Source: an uncultured Pseudomonadales bacterium
GTDB lineage: Bacteria > Pseudomonadota > Gammaproteobacteria > Pseudomonadales > Azotimanducaceae
Assembly (NCBI GenBank): GCA_964393625.1
Contig: CAYMUT010000018.1
Span: 33,564 to 97,563, forward strand
Direction of reading: 5' to 3'
DNA length: 64,000 nt
The notes beneath the pieces are model-generated. The model made no database searches and was not told where the DNA came from. It was given only the letters and a program-made list of their open reading frames with translations. A program made the position numbers and the translations under genes. This document shows positions 60,605 through 64,000 of the stretch, piece after piece. Within the stretch, counting starts at the first letter, position 1. Every line of letters begins with the position of its first letter.

Positions 60605-61264
60605 ATGTTGTGCAACGAGACTCTAAGAGAACGAATCAGCGCCAATCTGCGGGCGTTTGATGTGCATACCGCAACCGGTAGCGGCATACGTCGCGCGGCT
60701 GTGGCCATCACCGTCACCGATGAGGGGCTCGGCGCCGACCTGCCGGGAATAGACGATCCTGATGAATGGTCCGGCAATGCCGCGCTGTTGCTGACGCGTC
60801 GCTCGTCCAAGTTGCGTAATCACCCGGGCCAATGGGCCTTTCCCGGCGGACGGCTCGATGAAGGCGAAACCCTCATCGAGGCGGCGTTGCGCGAAATGCG
60901 CGAAGAAATATACGTCGATGTGCCGGAAGATGCAGTATTAGGTGTGCTCGACGACTTCGTGACCCGCTCCGGATTTGCCATGACGCCGGTCATCGTATGG
61001 GGCGGGGCCAATCTGCAGGCGCGGCCCAACCCGGACGAGGTCGCCAGCATTCATCGGATTCCTCTGCGGGAATTTTTTCGCGACGACGCGCCGATACTGG
61101 AAGAGGCGGAGACCAGCGAACATCCGCTGTTGCGCATGCCGGTGGGCACCGACTGGATCGCCGCGCCGACTGCGGCGTTGATCTATCAGTTCAGGGAAGT
61201 CTGTCTGGCCGGGCGGCATACCCGGGTTTCCCATTATGAGCAGCCGGAATTTGCGTGGCGGTAG
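60605..61264 (+). CDS. NUDIX hydrolase, CoA pyrophosphatase-like
   Basis: LLTRRSSKLRNHPGQWAFPGGRLDEGETLIEAALREMREEI. Confidence 0.75.
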   Translation: MLCNETLRERISANLRAFDVHTATGSGIRRAAVAITVTDEGLGADLPGIDDPDEWSGNAALLLTRRSSKLRNHPGQWAFPGGRLDEGETLIEAALREMREEIYVDVPEDAVLGVLDDFVTRSGFAMTPVIVWGGANLQARPNPDEVASIHRIPLREFFRDDAPILEEAETSEHPLLRMPVGTDWIAAPTAALIYQFREVCLAGRHTRVSHYEQPEFAWR

Positions 61265-61276
61265 GCAAGTGCCGGG

Positions 61277-62080
61277 TTAGCCGAGTTGCTCGAACACTGC
61301 CCTGAGTTTGGCAACGACTCCGCTGACACCGTCCCCCCGAAGAATCTCATCAGCTGCGCTCTGGGCGTACCGATCGCAGTGGGCGGGCGCTGCGCTGTGA
61401 CCCGCCCATTGGAGCATTGATACGTCGTTGACGCTGTCGCCGATGGCCAGAGTGTGTGATCGGTCGATGCCCAGCTCATCCCTGAGCTCCTGCAGCGCGT
61501 TGCCCATGCTGGCCGCTGGAGCGTGCATGGCGGTCACCGATGGAAAATCCAGCAGGCACAAACGGTCGCCGTAGTGGGCGGCCAGTTCATCGTGAACATC
61601 CTGGGCGTGGTCGCGGGTGCTGATGATGTCGATGCCTGTGGCGCGTACGCCGGAGCGGTGTGGCTCAGCGTGGATTTCCATGTCGATCATGGATACGTCT
61701 GCGAAAAAACGCGCTTCATCGCTGTGCCTTGTCACGAGGTATCGTTGTGAATCGAACCAGGCCAGTGACCAGTCGTTACTGCCGGCGTAGTCGATCAGTT
61801 CCAGCGCAATGTCTTCGTCGATGGCGTGGCCATGGCGAAGCTGGCCGTCGAACTCGTGCACAGAGGCACCCTGCTGACAGATCAGCGGCTGGCTGATTTC
61901 GAGATGTCGGGCGATGGCGGCGGTGCCGGGATACATCCTCCCAGATGCCAGCACTACGGTGACGCCGGCCTGGGTCAGCTGCTGTACTGCATGGGTCATG
62001 TCGTCCTGCGGCATGGCGTCAAAAGGCACGCCGGGCGTGAGTAAGGTTCCATCGATGTCCAGGGCGATCATGCGAATCAT
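61277..62080 (-). CDS. Cof-type HAD-IIB family hydrolase
   Basis: Motif I IALDIDGTLL. C-terminal LAIGDSVNDVSMLQWAG. Confidence 0.8.
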   Translation of the reverse strand: MIRMIALDIDGTLLTPGVPFDAMPQDDMTHAVQQLTQAGVTVVLASGRMYPGTAAIARHLEISQPLICQQGASVHEFDGQLRHGHAIDEDIALELIDYAGSNDWSLAWFDSQRYLVTRHSDEARFFADVSMIDMEIHAEPHRSGVRATGIDIISTRDHAQDVHDELAAHYGDRLCLLDFPSVTAMHAPAASMGNALQELRDELGIDRSHTLAIGDSVNDVSMLQWAGHSAAPAHCDRYAQSAADEILRGDGVSGVVAKLRAVFEQLG

Positions 62081-62098
62081 GCAGTAGTGCCCGGGGTG

Positions 62099-63523
62099 TT
62101 ATTCCGACTCATCGCCACTCATGGATTCGGAAATGGCCACGTCGAGTCCCTCGGCGTGAATATGTTCGTCTTCACCGGCCTGGTTGAGGGGTGCTTCTGT
62201 GGCGAGGTGGAATGTGGCAAATCCAGGCATGACGAACTGATCGAGGGCCATGCCGATTACGCGCCCGGGATAGGGCGCGCTGATCCCCACCTGTTCGTTG
62301 GAAATGGGGTCGGTTACAGTGCCCAGCAGGTCGCCTTGTTTGACGCGGCGTCCGAGCCTGACCTTGGACAGGAGAATGCCGCCCTGATCCGCGCGTATCC
62401 AGCTCGAACTGTAGTAGGTGGGTTCCGGGTTGCCCCACAGACTGCGCCTGGCATACATCTCCATGGTGTCGAGCAGGGTAAACAGGGCTTTGACAGTATG
62501 GTCCACCGCGTCAGATTGCAGGCGCAGGGGCTCACCGGCTTCCAGAGTGACCGACGGAATTCCTGCATCCACTGCAGCCTTGCGCAATGTGCCCTGCGAG
62601 CCTTTGCTGTGCAGGATGACCGTTGCACCGAAGCCCTTGGTCAGTTGCAGCACTCGCTCATCCTTCAGGTTGGCGCGCAGCTGGGGCAGGTTGGTTCTGT
62701 GAAACGAGCCGGTGTGCAGGTCGACCAGCCCGTCGCAATGGCTGATGACATCGGTAAAGAAACTGTTGGCCATTCGTGACGCAGCGCTGCCTTGCGGATT
62801 GCCCGGAAAAAAGCGATTCAGATCTCTGCGGTCCGCCAGATACCGGGAGTGTCTCTGAAACCCCTGCAGGTTGACGATCGGTACGCCGACCAGCGTACCG
62901 CTGAGTTTTTCCGGCTTGAGGCTGTACATGAGCCTGCGCACCGACTCGATACCGTTTAATTCATCGCCGTGTACAGCGGCAGTGATGCAGAGGGTGGGGC
63001 CCGGTTTGACACCTGTTGCGACCAGCACCGGGGTTGGTATCTGGGCGCCGTGCAGGGTCTCGCCTGCAGACCAGGTCGCCTGTATCAGGGTGCCGGCGGG
63101 ACGTTGGGTACTGAGCAGTTCGGCGGCGGGTTTGGCCGAAATGGTGCTTCCCGCTTCGGACTGCTCTGAAAGCTGCGCGAACTTATCCGGTTCGGTTTCG
63201 GCGCTGGCGGGACGTACGTCCCCCCCGGTATTCGCCGGATCTGCTATGGGGGCGAGCGCCGGCGCAGATATGGAGAAATGGAAGTCGATCTTGGGTGCCG
63301 CAATGATTACCGGTGCATCCCAGTCGGCATCTCTGGGCATACGGATGACTATGGGCGGCCGGTGTGCCGATGTATCGGCCAGCTCCACGGGCGGCGGCAC
63401 CCAGTCCGGCTCCTTCACTTGCGGCGCACACCCGAACGCTGCCAGTACCATGACCGGCATATACGGGTGCCACCAGAGGCGATGTCGTTTCAGGCTGGCC
63501 ATATAGTGGCGTACAAGCCTCAA
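62099..63523 (-). CDS. succinylglutamate desuccinylase/aspartoacylase (M14-like) family lipoprotein
   Basis: Lipobox AAFGC. Zn-binding context CITAAVHGDELNG and DLHTG. C-terminal beta-domain GDLLGTVTDP. About 150 extra N-terminal residues. Confidence 0.7.
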   Translation of the reverse strand: MRLVRHYMASLKRHRLWWHPYMPVMVLAAFGCAPQVKEPDWVPPPVELADTSAHRPPIVIRMPRDADWDAPVIIAAPKIDFHFSISAPALAPIADPANTGGDVRPASAETEPDKFAQLSEQSEAGSTISAKPAAELLSTQRPAGTLIQATWSAGETLHGAQIPTPVLVATGVKPGPTLCITAAVHGDELNGIESVRRLMYSLKPEKLSGTLVGVPIVNLQGFQRHSRYLADRRDLNRFFPGNPQGSAASRMANSFFTDVISHCDGLVDLHTGSFHRTNLPQLRANLKDERVLQLTKGFGATVILHSKGSQGTLRKAAVDAGIPSVTLEAGEPLRLQSDAVDHTVKALFTLLDTMEMYARRSLWGNPEPTYYSSSWIRADQGGILLSKVRLGRRVKQGDLLGTVTDPISNEQVGISAPYPGRVIGMALDQFVMPGFATFHLATEAPLNQAGEDEHIHAEGLDVAISESMSGDESE

Positions 63524-63716
63524 GTAGTTGAATACATTACAATTCTAGCCGGATATACCACAAAGCGCCGCGAATCTGTGGGCATAGCTTAGTGAACAAT
63601 TGAGCCAAAATGAGTAAAGGCACACGATAATAGGGGTTTGACCGCCAGCCTGGCAATCTCCACAATCCGGCCTCTTGAACGGTTTCTTTAGCAGCAATCT
63701 ATACGAGGAATTCACT

Positions 63717-64000
63717 ATGGCGATACAAGAGGGAGATAAATTACCGGAAGCAACCATGCACACCATGCAGGATGGCAGGCCGGCGCCGGTAACCACAGCG
63801 GACCTGTTTGGCGGCAAGAAAGTTGTATTGTTTGCCGTGCCGGGTGCATTTACCCCGACCTGTTCTCAGGCGCATCTGCCTGGTTATGTGGTCAATGCCG
63901 ACGCCATCAGCGCCAAGGGTGTTGACAGCATCATCTGTCTTTCGGTCAACGATGCATTCGTTATGGGTGCCTGGGGCGATTCTGCGAACGCCGAAGCGCT
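63717..64000 (+). CDS. peroxiredoxin (Prx5-type), 5' fragment running off the window
   Basis: ATG 63717 is preceded by GAGGA. Translation [57 protein letters not shown] carries the PGAFTPTCS peroxidatic Cys motif. It is absent from the ORF track because no stop falls within the window. Confidence 0.8.
   Translation, partial: MAIQEGDKLPEATMHTMQDGRPAPVTTADLFGGKKVVLFAVPGAFTPTCSQAHLPGYVVNADAISAKGVDSIICLSVNDAFVMGAWGDSANAEA

Overview
A 64-kb, GC-rich, gene-dense chromosomal segment. By eye I found no rRNA, tRNA, CRISPR array, transposase or integrase. The smc-zipA-ligA synteny, a complete ccmABCDEFGHI operon and long TonB-dependent receptors point to a Gammaproteobacterium, possibly a marine Cellvibrionales-like lineage; that assignment is inference only.

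Layout:
- 1-27.6 kb is mostly housekeeping: a solute symporter pair, NUDIX, an Eis-like GNAT, rsgA, an aminotransferase, metY, a PEGA/FGE protein, a TBDR, ppnN, the ccm operon, GntR, and smc-zipA-ligA.
- 27.7-32.9 kb is transport: a BCCT transporter and a 1008-aa TBDR, closed by a clean bidirectional terminator.
- 32.9-50.6 kb is an accessory redox/catabolic region. It holds two paralogous nitroreductases, DUF169, a hydrolase, enoyl-CoA hydratases, an AraC regulator with a CYP153-type P450, two TetR regulators, two acyl-CoA dehydrogenases, a glutathionyl-hydroquinone reductase, a second P450, and a two-gene TTQ-type amine dehydrogenase.
- 50.7-64 kb holds more acyl-CoA enzymes, a five-gene periplasmic cluster of unknown function (SDR, PPIase-like, HupE-like, beta-helix lipoprotein, diheme cytochrome c), a haloalkane dehalogenase, and assorted housekeeping genes.

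Most interesting signal: at 45184-45705, two short same-frame ORFs are separated only by TGA 45460-45462. Read through, they form one 173-aa protein with the motif CHEC-x9-U-G-S-C-S-T-C (a UGSC/UxxCxxC selenocysteine signature). A SECIS-like hairpin lies just downstream. The gene is translationally coupled to an uncharacterized 348-aa protein, inside an eight-gene TetR-led operon.

All calls come from reading the ORF translations and the DNA. No database search was run.
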